Positions 38,335-50,523 of a DNA stretch of 64,000 bases are shown here, in pieces. The notes below the pieces were generated by a model. That model saw only the letters and a program-made list of their open reading frames with translations. It did no database searches and was not told where the DNA came from. Source of the DNA: Azolla caroliniana. Lineage: Eukaryota > Plantae > Polypodiophyta. The stretch lies in assembly GCA_043228905.1 (NCBI GenBank), contig JBHGNT010000001.1, forward strand, positions 15,376,001 through 15,440,000, written 5' to 3'. Position 1 is the first letter of the stretch. Each line of letters opens with the position of its first letter. Made by a program: the position numbers and the translations under genes.

Positions 38335-41300
38335 TATTCACATTTTATGACACTAACCTTTATGGTCTGCAGCTTTAGCTTTGCTGTCATGCTCTTTCTG
38401 TTGGAGCTTTCCACATTGCTCTTTTGTATGACCCTTCTTTTTGCAGAATACGCAAAAAGGATGTTGTCGCTTACAATTGCGATCCATGAATTCGTTGGGT
38501 GTCTTGTGTTTCCCAGCGAATTGTAATTGCTTAGACCCGGGCGCTTCGTTGGGTTCGTTGTGGTCCTTCTAAGTGCGTTGATAGCGAAGAACTATTTCAA
38601 CGGCATCTTCGAAGGATTTTGGATCCTTATCGTGCACTATCCAGCGATAGTCCGAATTGGGGATGCCATTAAAAAAACAAGCTATTAACCAGTTGTCCCC
38701 CTCTAGACCCAATTTTTGGATTTGGGTTCTAGCATGGTGAACATAGTCTTCTAGCGAGGAAAACTTCCTGCTAAAGAGGTTCATTAAAGCTTGTGCTACC
38801 TCGGTCCGAGAGGGAGGTTGCAGAAATTGGCCCTTAAAAACAGTGACAAAATCTGTCCAGGTATCGGGCAATTTCCCCAAAGTTCTGAGCCCACGCCACC
38901 AGGCGGCGGCCTTACCCCCTAGTTCTCGGCCGACATATACAATCTTCGTACTATCTAGCGTGGGATAGAGCTCAAAATGAGACTCCCATCGGCCCAACCA
39001 CATGCAAATTGCTTCTTCGGTTCTTTCCTTTTTTTTCTCCCGTAAATAGCTTAACGACAAACGATGGTTCACCCTGTCGCTCATCAGGTCTATTAGTCTC
39101 ACGTTGTAAACTAATGACACGTGCCTCGAGAGTACTTTGAGATTGCCGAAGTTCGGTCATCTTTTGAGCGGTGAAACTAAGGTATTGGGTTATTTGTGAA
39201 AAATACATCTCAATGGACATTTGTTTAGGAGGATTTCCTTGAGTTCCTTCCGCTTGAGCGGATGACATTGAATGATTATTTCTGGCAAAGAAATAGGATA
39301 AGTTCAAACAAATAGTCATAACATCATGTCGTAATGTAAACATATCATGGGCAAACATTAATCGATATCATGATCTCACGTCAATACCCCTCTAAACGTA
39401 TGAGATGAGGTTGAAGATCAGGTTACTATGGTAACACAAAGGTGTTTTAAAAACCATGGGGGTGACAAATTAATGTCTTTCCCTGATCTCTATATCGATT
39501 TTTTCATGGCAGCTCCCCGAGGTTGAACCATGTATGTTCGCATCATGAATAGTTTATACACGAAAAAAATGTTAACAATAAACTATGTTTCGGTGCCCAC
39601 ATATGTGGTTTTGGCTCTTTAAGTCCTATTACGAGGACCCCGAGGTGGACTTAGACCTCAAGTCTAAACATGTGTTACAGTCATATGTATCAATGATGTT
39701 GTATGATCTTGGTCATATTTGAACTCGAGACCTTGAGAACAAATGCATTAAACACTTGAGCCAACCAAATAGGTTGCTCTTCTTCAATGTTTAATATTTA
39801 ATGCATATAAGAGATATACGAGGCATTTGCCCATATATGTTGTTTTAAAAGAAACATATATGTTAAGAGTCCTTATTTACCCTTCGTTTACCACAAACTT
39901 TGTTGGTACATTACCTAACCTCAAGTCTCGTAATTATGATGGCATATGCCAAAGTGCAACCTAATGGTCAAGCCAAATGAGCCCTCTTTTCGTAGTAGGC
40001 CCATGTGGCCCATCACATGGTTATGTCATTACGAATGCCTTTCATAAGAATGATCTCATGGTGGCATCGTATCCATGTAATGAGGGAGGGATGTTGGATA
40101 TGTGTGTCATAAGAGCGAACTCACATCAAGTGGGTCAAGCCCTACGTTCTTAACACCATTGCGGCTAAGATTGTTTCATTACGTAACAAAATTGAAGTCA
40201 CCAACAGGGATGTCAACAATAAAAATTTGTTGAAAAAGGGATGGTGACAACGCCATTCTCACAAAAATGTGAGGACGGCCACCAAGATAAGATAGACAAA
40301 AAGGAGAGAGAGAAAGAAGAGTGCCGATCCACCCAACCAACCCCGAGTGAAGGGATCGAGACGGACTGGAGCCTCGATTGGCATCCCATACCACCGTCGT
40401 GGCGTCGAGTCGTACCTGGTGCTGGCGCGCTCGCTGCAAGAGTTGAACCACCACGAAACAAAGTCTCGACATAGTCAAAAGATGGTGAAATAATGGTGAA
40501 ATGAGGGTAGCTAGGCCTCTTATTTATAACGATACCCAAGGCCCCTAGGCAAGTTCACACTTGGCCTAATGGGTTGTCTCAATCCCGAGGATTAAAATTA
40601 ATCCTCCCCTTCTTTACACTCTCGTTTAACTCTCACACTTATCCACATGTATAGAATCCTAAGGTAAATTCTCAGCACGGGATATTATATGGTCATGCCC
40701 GTAACACCAGTCTTCACCTTGTAGACCCACTTGTTCTTGAGTGCTCTCTTACCCTTCAACAGCTCTACCAGGTTGTAGGTGTAATTCTTGTGCAAGGATT
40801 CCATCTCATCTTGCATTGTGCTTAGACATTTCTCTCTATGCTTGTCGGCAATGGCTTTTTCATAGCACTCTGGTTCACCTTCATCAGTCAAGAGGATGTA
40901 TTGACTGGCATATGTTGTCGGTGCTTTCCTTTCTTTGAGTGGGTATCTCCTTCCATTCGTTGTTGGCTCTCTTTCAGATGTCTCTGCCAACTCTTCCCTC
41001 CACTCGGGCTCCTGCACGTCAATCAACATCTCTAAGTTGGGTAACTCCAACTCATACTCTTCAATTGACCTTAGCAGCTCTGCCGACTCTGACTCATAGT
41101 CAGTTGGTCTCTCCGAGTCGACCGACTCGGATTCAGTTGTGCCGACTGGCTGTCTCCGAATAGCCGAAGTTGTCGGTTCACTTGACCTTAGATTGATGAT
41201 AGTCGGGGTTGACTGGGGAGTCATATCTGACTTTTGTTGCTTCCAATCTTCAATTGTCTTATCTTAAAGAAAGACTATGTCCTGACTTCTCACTACCTTC

Positions 41301-42796
41301 TTGTCGACTAGGTCCCATAACCTATAGCCAAACTCATCTTCCGAGTATCCCATGAATATGCATGCTTTCGACTTACTATTGAGCTTTGACCTCTGATCCT
41401 TCGGTACATGCATATATCCCAAACATCCAAACACCCTCAAGTGTTGGTAGGAGACATCCTTCCCAGTCCATACTCTCTGTGGGACAACACCCTTTAATGG
41501 TACTGAGGGAGACCTGTTGATAAGATAAACAATTGTGTACATCTCCTCGGCCCAATAGGATTTCGGCAATTTCACATGAGAGAGCATGCTCCTTACCCTC
41601 TCCATGATTGTTCGATTCATCCTCTTTGCAAGCCCGTTCAATTCTGGGGTCTTCGGCAATGTGTATTCGATCTGAATACCTTGGCACTTGCAGTATTCCT
41701 CGAATTGTCCTCTATACTCGCCACCGTTGTCGGTTCGAACAACCTTTAATTTCCGACCCGACTCTCATTCAGTTCTAGCCTGGAACTCCTTGAAAACTGA
41801 CAATATTTGATCCTTTCACTTCAGTACAAAGGCCCACGTCTTCCAACTATAGTCGTCAATAAATGTCACAAAGTATTGTCCACCTCGATGCGATGGAGCA
41901 TCTACATAGGACACATCCGTGTGTACCAGTTCCAATGCATCCTCTCTTCTTCTTGGTGGTGTTGTGTGGAATGCTGATCTATTCTGCTTTCTGACTAAGC
42001 ATTCGATGCAGTTCTCCAGGTGCACTCCCTTGACTTCTGGTAGAAGCTTTTGGTCGGCTAGCAGGTGCATTCCTTTCTCACTCATGTGGCCTAGCCTCTT
42101 ATGCCATATCTCTCTTGCCGAGTTGACTACCACATTTACTTCCGATTTGCACAGTCGGGCATGCATCATATATAATGTGGCTTCTTTCTATGCTCGGGCC
42201 ACTATAAGATTTCCTTGGTAGAACTTCCACTTGCCATTCCGAAAGCTACCACTATAGCCTTCGTCATCTAACCTTCTAGTCGATATCAGATTCAATCTGA
42301 TATCGGGGACGTGTCGAACATCCGTCAGAGTCAGTGAACACCCTGTTAACGTCGTCAAGCAGACACTTCCGACTTCGGCTATCTTGCACTCTCCATTATC
42401 ACCCATTTTCACATAACCGTGATCTCCGGCTATGTAAGTTGAGAAATACTCTCTCGACGGAGTTATGTGGAACGATGCCTCAGAATCGATCACTCAAGTG
42501 CATTCTTCACTTGCAAGATTTGCACTTGTCTGTTCATAGATGAACAACATTTCTTCATTGCTTGTGGCAATGGCAGAAGTGTTCTTCTCATCAGGAATCT
42601 TCCTGGGTTAGACATTGTTTCCAACACCCTTGTCTTTTCTCATGTGTTGACAATCCTTCTGGAAGTGTCCAGGTTTACCATAGTAAAAGCACACTAGCTT
42701 ACCTCTGGACTTCGATCTGGCTTTGGACTTTTCTCTCCTTGGTGGACTTCTTTGCCGGTTCCTTCCTCTGTCCGAATGTTGTGTTACATCACGACA

Positions 42797-43190
42797 ACGC
42801 GTTCCTCGACCCGTCTGGTCCCGCGCTCTTTGACTTCTTCGGTTGGATTGTCGGCTCCTTAGGCCTACGTCATCCTTCTTCTCGCCATTTCCATTACTTG
42901 AACCGGCTGTCTCTGATTCGTCTTCTTCTCTGACTTCCCGCTTCCCTTTGGTTCGTTCTTCTTTCGGCGAATCATCACAGTTGTTGCTCCTCAATGTTGC
43001 TCTCCCCCTCAAGTGCGGCATGTTGAGGTGTTGAATCTTAAGCATCTCCGAGAAGTGTTGCAACTTGTCCATTCCGAGAGCCTTGGTGAAAATATCGGCA
43101 ACCTGTCGATCGGTTCGAACATACCATAGTTCGATCTCACCGCACAAAGTGATAGTGTACTTCTATGTGCTTGGTGCAAGCATGGAACAC
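42797..43190 (-). pseudogene. Fragment of a Copia B/C/E-type element (RNase H end and 3' UTR)
   Basis: Encodes TKHIEVHYH and QVADIFTKALG..MPHLRGR. Confidence 0.8.
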
Positions 43191-43719
43191 TCAAGAAAGA
43201 CGAAGACAGTTCACGTGTTGCCCATCACGACCGAACACAACCTCCTACACACACATATAGGAGAGCCCTAACAGAAACAGAGATAATCGACACCCCTAGC
43301 AGAAACAAGAGCACTCGAAGCAGAGACAGAATGAAACAGAAACACAATGAAATAGAAGAAAGAACAAACTACTATTATGTTACAAGAAAATGTAACCCTC
43401 AGAGGGGAACCCTAAAAGAAATGGGGAAACAAAACGGTTTGGAACCCAACGGGTGGGAACCTTGGAACCTCCAAAACGAGGAATCCCTTTACAAGGGGCG
43501 CGCTCTCCCTTTTATAGAACAAGGTGAGGTCATGTGACTATGTGGGATAAATCTCGATTTACATGGGATCCTTCTGTCCCGACTTTATTGCCATTCGGCG
43601 CCATAAAGGCACCCCTAACTCCTATGCTAATTTTGTACAAGGGTGCGTGCATGTGCTGCAGCGCGCCGATTCCTTCAATATCTCTCAGTTTCTCACTGTG
43701 GCCCAGAATCTTCACAACA
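43191..43719 (-). mobile_element. Truncated Trp-family LTR T6
   Basis: Minus-strand start TGTTGTGAAGATTCTGGGCC matches the T0/T4 LTR start; flanked by ACAT; left boundary approximate. Confidence 0.7.
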
Positions 43720-46700
43720 ACATGACCCAAGAACTTAATAGAGGAAGAAGAGAACATAAAAGTCTAGAAAATGGAGATAGACTTTATGCAAGGTCGAAAT
43801 ATAGAGGAAGACCTACATGCTTCTATTGTGAGAAGCCTGGTCACTTCCAAAAGAATTGTCGACACCTTAGGAAGGACAAAGGCATGGTTGATGAGATCGA
43901 ACCCAAAAAAATTTCTGATGATAAAAATACCTCAACCATTGCAACTAGTGAAGAAGAGATGTTATTCATATGTGAACAAGGTAGTGTGAATCTTGCAAGT
44001 GCTGAGAGTTCATGGGTAGTAGATTCCGGTGCATCATTTCACCTAACTCCCAAAAGTGAATGCTTCTCATCTTACACAACGGGTGACTATGGCTATGTAA
44101 GGATGGGAAATAACGGTGAATGCAAGATTGTGGGCATAGGAACTATGTGCTTGCTAACATCTACTGGCTGCAGGTTAATGTTGAAGGATGTACGCCATGT
44201 TCCGGATGTTACACTGAATCTGATATCGGTTGGACAACTAGATGATGAAGGCTACAATGGTGGCTTTCGAAATGGTACATGGAAGTTCTGTAAAGGGAGC
44301 CTGATCGTGGCTAAAGCCCAAAAACAGAACACATTGTATGTAATGCATGCGAAGTTGTGCCGAGATGAAGCAAATGTAGTGGCTGGTTCAGATGGTGAGT
44401 TGTGGCATAAAAGGCTCGGACACATGAGCGAAAGGGGAATGCATATTCTTGTGGAAAAAGATTTTCTGCCCGAGGTGAAAGGAATACACTTGGAAAAGTG
44501 TGTGGACTGCTTGGCTGGAAAGCAGAATAGGACAACCTTTCACTACAGACCTCCGATGAGAAGAGAGAATGCTTTAGAGCTCATTCACATAGATGTGTGC
44601 TATGTGGATGCCGCATCACATTGTGGAGGACAATATTTTGCCACATTTATTGATGACTTCAGTAGGAAGGTGTGCGCTTATGTGTTGTTGTCTAAAGACC
44701 AACTATTGTCAGTCTTTAAAGAGTTTCATGTAAGGGTGGAAAGAGAATCTAGACAGAATATGAAGGTTGTCCAAACAAATAATGGTGGTGAGTATAGAGG
44801 CCAATTTGAGATGTATTGCAAGACTCAAGGCATCAAACTTGAGTATACGGTGCCGAATACACCTGAGCTAAATGGGCTAACAGAAAGAATGAGTCAGACC
44901 ATAATGGAAAGGGTAAGAAGCATCTTGGCACATGCAAAATTGCCAAAGTCGTATTGGGTTGAAGCAATGTTGACGACTTTTTATCTCATAAATAGTTCTC
45001 CATCAGTGCCCCTGAAGGGGAATGTACCACAGAGGGTGTGGATAGGAAGGAATGTGTCTAGTGTTTGGATGCTTGGCTTATGTACATGTTGCTAAAGATC
45101 AAAGGTCAAAGCTGGACAACAAGTCCAAACCTTGTATATTCTTGGGGTACTCGGAAGACGAGTTCGGGTACAGAATGTGGGATCTCCTTGATAAGAAAGT
45201 GATAAGAAGTCGAGATGCCATATTCATGGAAGATAAGACAATCGAAGACTGGAAGCAACAAAGACCAGATTTGCCTTCCAAATCGACTATTGTTATGGAG
45301 TCAATACTAGTCGACCCCACTCCCACACAACCAGTCGGCAAACAACAGTCGGCTGATGAAGTCGAATCCAAGTTGGTCGACACCCAACAACAGACTAATG
45401 CACACGAATCTGAGTTGGAAGATGAGTTGTTGGAAGAAAGCGAATCTGAGCCAATTATCGAAGGAAGAAGATATCCACAAAGACAAAGGAAGACCTCCTC
45501 TCGATATCCAGCCAGTGAATATATCCTCTTGATTGATGAAGGGGAACCAGAATGCTATGGAGAGGCCATGACCGATGTACACAAGGAGAAATGGTATAGT
45601 GCCATGTAAGAAGAAATGGATTCCTTGCATGAGAACCTAACTAATGAGTTAATGGAGCTGCCTAATGGTAATAAGGCACTTAGAAACAAATGGGTCTACA
45701 AATTAAAGACTAGTGGAGACGGAAGTACACCCAAGTATAAGGCCCGCATTGTCGTAAAAGGCTTTCAATAGAAAAAGGGTGTTGATTTTGATGAGATTTT
45801 TGCTCCAGTTGTGAAGATGACCTCTATTCAGACTGTTTTCAGTATGGCTACCAGTATGAATCTTGAAATCGAATAGCTGGATGTTAAAACGGCTTTCTTG
45901 CATGGTGAGTTAGAAGAGGAAATCTATATGCAACAACCGGAGGGCTTTGAGGTAAAAGGAAAAGAGAACCTCGTGTGCAGGCTGAAGAAAAGCTTGTATG
46001 GTCTAAAGCAAGCTCCACGACAATGGTATAAGAAATTTGTTGAGAGACAAGCTCAACATCGGCCGGATCGGCTGAAGAAGCCGAGGACCGGATCGGTTGG
46101 ACCGATCGGTTAGGCCGAGTGCGTAAACCGGTACGCAGACCGGTGCGTAGGTAGGGCTGGATCGGTGCGTAAACCGAGAGGCCGTTAGGAAAGATATTCC
46201 GTGAGGAATATGTTTGGGAGTTAGTGTAGGAGCTCTCAATGAGCATTGAAGTACTGTCAGTACTTTTGTCAGTCCTTCTTGGACTTGTATAAAAGTGTTC
46301 ACTAAACACACATATGTATAGAGTCGAAAATAGAGTGTTGAATATACTTCTTGTGTTCCCTCTCTCTCACTCTCACTCTCTCTGTCTCTCCCGCATATAC
46401 TGCGTAAGCTCAAGCTCTCCATTAAACCTGAGCGTTCTTCCTTCTGTTCAGTCTTCATACTTGCTTCTGCACGTTACTTTTTACAAAACTCGAGTCCTTC
46501 ATACTGGAACATGGATTCCACAAAACACAAGCCGATCATTGTGTATTTGTGAAAAAATATAATGAAGGTGATTTTCTTATTTTGTTGCTCTATGTGGATG
46601 ATATGTTGGTTGTTGGACAAGATGTTAAAAAGATTGCAAGCTTGAAGAAAGCATTGAGCAAATCGTTTGCCATGAAATACTTAGGACCAACAAAACAGAT

Positions 46701-48385
46701 TTTGGGAATGCATATAGTCCGGGAGAAGACTGAAAACATGCTATGGCTGTCACAAGAGAAATATGTTTAACATGTACAATACAAAATCGGTTAGATCTCC
46801 ATTGCCGGTGGACTGTAAGTTAAATTCAGGTCAATGTCCGAAAATTGACAAAGATAACGCAGAGATGAGGAGAGTGTCGTATGCCTTTGCTCTTGGTAGG
46901 CTTATGTATGCTATGGTTTGCACAAGGCCGAACATTGCATTTGCTGTCGGGACAATTAGTCACCACATGAGTAATCCTTGAAAGGAGCATTGGGCAGACG
47001 TAAAATGGATTCTCAGATACCTCAAAGGAACTTCGAGTGTATGTCTTAGATATGGCTCTAGGAAACCTATGCTAGAAGGTTTCACAGATTCTGATATGTT
47101 GGGTGATGTAGATTCCAGCCGATCCACATCAGGGTATGTAATGACTTATTTAGGGGGAGCTGTGTCTTGGCAATCAAGATTGCAAAAGGTTGTGGCTTTG
47201 TCAACCACCGAGGCTGAATATATGGTTGTAGTGGAAGCTGAAAAAGAATTGATCTAGATGAGAGAGTTCTTGAGCAAACTAGGAATGAAGCCAGAGAAGT
47301 ACTTACTTCATTGTGATAATCAAAGTGTTATCCATCTGGCTAAAAATGCTACCTACCACTCTCGTACAAAGCACATTCAAAGAAGGTATCATTAGTTGCG
47401 AGAAAGAGTAGAAGAAAATGAGTTTGTTCTAGGGAAGATCCACACTGACGAAAATGGATCAGACATGCTTACAAAAATCCTATCTATGGAAAAACTTGTT
47501 GCGTGTCGGCAAAAGACTGGTCTAGTTGACTCTCCCCCTCCAGGAGTGAAGGGGGAGTTTGTTATGTAAAGGCGTCCCTCCTTGCGGGGGAGTCGGCCGA
47601 AAAGTCGACTCGAGACTCGGCTGGTCGAAACCGGCTGAGAAGCTGAAATGTTACAGATGATCGAAATCAGCCGAAAAGCCAAACCGAGAGTCGGCTTTGC
47701 CGAAATCGGTCGGAGAGCAAAAAGAATAGTCAGTTTGCCGAAGAACCGAATTGGGGGTTGATTGACCGAATTCGATGAGAAAGCCGAATTCGAACTTAAT
47801 CAAATAGGAGTTCGAACACACACACACACACACACATATATATATGTATGAAATGACTTAATATATATATACTAACAGGCATAGTAATGCGTCTGCATGT
47901 GGGATTACTCACTAGAAGTAAAACAATGAGAAAAAGGGGGGGAAATATATATAGTGTAAGTGAGTGCGTGAGATATATATATCTGAGTGTGTTGCAAGAG
48001 TGAAGGATATAGTGAACGATTGAGAGAGAACACAGTAGTGGTTGTGCAAGTGCTATATCTTAGAAGCTGAGAGGGTGAAGGAAAGTTGTGTGAAACAGAA
48101 AAAAAGAGAGATTAAAAACAAAGAAGCTAAGGAAGTTTCAAACTAGAAAGTCATCTACGTGTTAGGGTTTGGAATGCTCATCTGAGATTTTGGTTTCAGA
48201 GAACATTCAGACCAGATCAGGTGCTTTCATTCTATAGTTGTATTTTGCCTTCTGTTATAGTAGGAGTTTTTTGTTGCGTGGTTTTTCCCTAAAATTAGGG
48301 GTTTCCACGTAAATCGTGTGCTACTTTTCATTTCCTATTTGTGTCTAAGTTGATTTCGTAATTTATGTCTGAGAAAATTTTAACA
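43720..48385 (+). mobile_element. Ty1/Copia element D (A-type), 5'-truncated in gag; 3' LTR 47560-48385
   Basis: CCHC, DSGASFH, LWHKRLGH, integrase, RT YVDDML and RNase H in order; PPT GTGAAGGGGGAG; LTR TGTTATG...TTAACA. Confidence 0.93.
46038..46485 (+). mobile_element. Solo LTR of the Copia C family inside the Copia D RT
   Basis: Matches 25743-26140 in reverse; TSD AAATT/AAACT; host WYKKF|ESF rejoins. Confidence 0.93.
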
Positions 48386-49379
48386 TACTCTTCCATCACA
48401 TCTTGGTTCGTGATCGGCAGTATCTCTCGACCGTTGCACGGCTACATCTTGACCGACTCTTGGTCGGCTCTTGGCTGTGTCTTACTCGACACTCGGCCAA
48501 CTGTCTCTCGGTCGCATATGTTCGGTCGCAATCTGTCTCTCGGCCGTGGGTGGGCCAAATCTTTGCTTCTTAGCTTCTTGGCCATCTCTCATCCATGTTG
48601 TGTCGAATCTTGGCTTGTCAGCCGTGCTTTTCGGTTGTGTCATACTCTAGGCTTCTCGTGGCCGTGTCTTTGCCGTGTCGTACTCTCAGCCGTTGCTATC
48701 CACCTCTCTCGGCCGTCACTCAGCAGAGTCGTCCCTTGGCCATAACATAGCCTCCGCTCAGTCATACCTTGACCGACTTCAGCTCTTAGCCGCTACTTTT
48801 CAGCCGCTTTCTCGGCCTTCTCTCGGCCACCTATCCCTTGGTTGCGCCAGTTCGGCTGTTGTTCGGCTCTCACTCTCGGCCATCCCTCGGCTTGGTTCGG
48901 CTCTCAACCGTCTCTCAACCGACGCTCGCTTGGTTCGGCTACCATTGTTGTAGCTTCGATAAAAAAATAAGCATATTGACTTGGGTCTAAGGGCCATGTT
49001 GGAGACTACTCTCCTCAGCGAAGATTTGTGATGTTGACGATGCCCTTGAAATCTAAGAGGACTACTCTATCATCATTCTTCTCGCCAAGTTTCCAATATT
49101 CCTCTATTCGATTACTTCACTAGATGCCCTTGAAAAATCTAAGAGGGCTACGATATTGAGTACCTTGGGTGTTTGCTTCCTCTATATTAAACAAGGATAT
49201 ATATTATAGCCATTGCCAATGTCAACTATTCATGACGATGAGATCAACAAGTGACAAGAAAGGCTTCTGTCCTTTTCTTTGGAACCCCTAGAAGCAAGTG
49301 GAGCTAAAATAATCACACCATATGAGACCTAACTACTCCAACATCAAATGTGTCATCACTAATGAAATGAAAAGACTTT

Positions 49380-49620
49380 TGTGGTTTTGTTCGATTGTTT
49401 GTGGTGATCATGTTGAGGAACTCTCTATTTTTTGAAATTCAATTACTACTATGAGGAAGACCATCTCCCAACTAAAAGAGAAGTTTCTAGTCAAAGACTT
49501 AGGACTAGTAGAATTTGAATGGAAGGTACTCTCACTCTTTCAAAAAAGAAGTGGAAGAACATATTGAGGAAATTTGACATAGCTGATTACAAACGTATTC
49601 AAACACCGATGAGAATATTG
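49380..49620 (+). pseudogene. Highly decayed Copia RT fragment (second copy at about 51170-51430)
   Basis: Remnants LKEKFLVKDL and ILRKFDIADYKRIQTPM; the second copy reads IYVHDL and KKFDMADCKPI. Confidence 0.65.
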
Positions 49621-50404
49621 TGCAAACTATCTGCACCCTAACATGATGATTCTTATTGATGGATAGAGTTACACTTGTCTTTGTCTGGTTAGTTAGACTT
49701 AATCATTAGGTGAACCAATATTGTGTTAACTTAGTGTGCATATTTGGTGGAATCTTGGACAAAGGGAAGTCTAACAATTTGCTTAGTACACAAAGTAACT
49801 TTGAGAGTTTAATTCATCGACTAACTTTTCCTTACCATACCCACATTCATCGCTGGATTTCGTGTGTTCTAGTGAGTTACAAGTTCTAACAATAATATCT
49901 TGGGTAGAGTTACACCTGTTTGGTTATGTAGTCTTAATCATTAGGTGAACCAATATTTTGTTAACACAGTGTGTATCTTTTGGAGGAATCTTGGACAAAT
50001 GGAAGTCTAACAAATTAACTTTAAGACTTAAATTCATCGACTTAGTTTCCCTCACCATACCCACATTCATCGGTGGATTTTGTGTATCGTAGGGAGTTAC
50101 AAGAATTTGGACCGAAAATTACAAAACAAAAATTATCAAGCTCCAATAGACAGTATCCAAGGTATATTGAAATGTTGAATAAATATAGCATCCTTATTCC
50201 ATCCCTTTGTGAAATCCAAGAGTTGAATGAAAAAAAATATTGTGATTTTGTTTCTTGAAACACACATCTCTATAGCTGGGACACACACAAACGTCTTTAG
50301 ATCCTTAGTGGGAATGTTTTTGTGAAACATCAGTGCAAGGTGTCACGAAAAAATGTTTGCTTGTGGTGTGGTAGGAGTTTATTTCACACCATAAAAAAAT
50401 TTCC

Positions 50405-50500
50405 TTCACATGAACAAAGCCACTACTATAGTTAGGATCACCAAGACGAGTGTTGTTTGTGTCGATGCGAGTAAAGAATGAGCATCACCACCATTAATTA
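50405..50500 (-). pseudogene. Orphan copy of the last exon and 3' flank of the LTP-domain gene
   Basis: 50431 GTTAGGATCACCAAGACGAG...GATGCGAGTAAAGAAT...CACCACCATTAA aligns with 52040-52102. Confidence 0.75.
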
Positions 50501-50523
50501 GGGTTGGCGACGACGGCAAGCTC

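Larger units (their letters stand above)
32709..38352 (-). mobile_element. Ty3/Gypsy chromovirus G2, Tcn1/Tf1-like, full length and decayed (LTRs 32709-33123 and 37945-38352)
   Basis: Gag EPKIILPTKFDGTRSQFRGFL, PR, RT YLDD, RNase H EADASDFALG, INT, chromodomain EYEVEAILDS..YLVDWLGY..TWEP; TSD CTGAC/CTAAC; no TGG-type PBS. Confidence 0.93.
7445..40706 (-). mobile_element. Ty3/Gypsy chromovirus G1, full length but split by six direct insertions (3' LTR 7445-7841 + 18030-18091; 5' LTR about 40268-40706)
   Basis: Gag with CCHC (38.4-39.3 kb), protease LFDSGSSHNF (30.4-30.7 kb), [11 protein letters not shown] (28.25-29 kb), RNase H ETDARDYAIG/QEKELFAVI, integrase, GPF and chromodomain RILDVK..IKW..ATWE (18.1 kb); PPT just after 18091; TSD CTAGT/CCAGT. 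Confidence 0.93.
3839..42789 (-). mobile_element. Ty1/Copia element A2, split by nested insertions and 5'-truncated in gag (own segments 3839-4457, 4902-5254, 6458-7444, 40707-42789; 3' LTR 3839-4372)
   Basis: Protein motifs rejoin across each insertion (e.g. KWVYKVKTG|EADSEPKY); PR, GAG-pre-integrase, INT, RT and RNase H in Copia order; PPT next to the LTR at 4373. Confidence 0.9.

Noticed and set aside
48386-49010. CTCGGC-rich segment with a possible decayed PPT/LTR start near 48997
   Set aside because: Probably retroelement-derived, but no termini, TSD or domain could be assigned.
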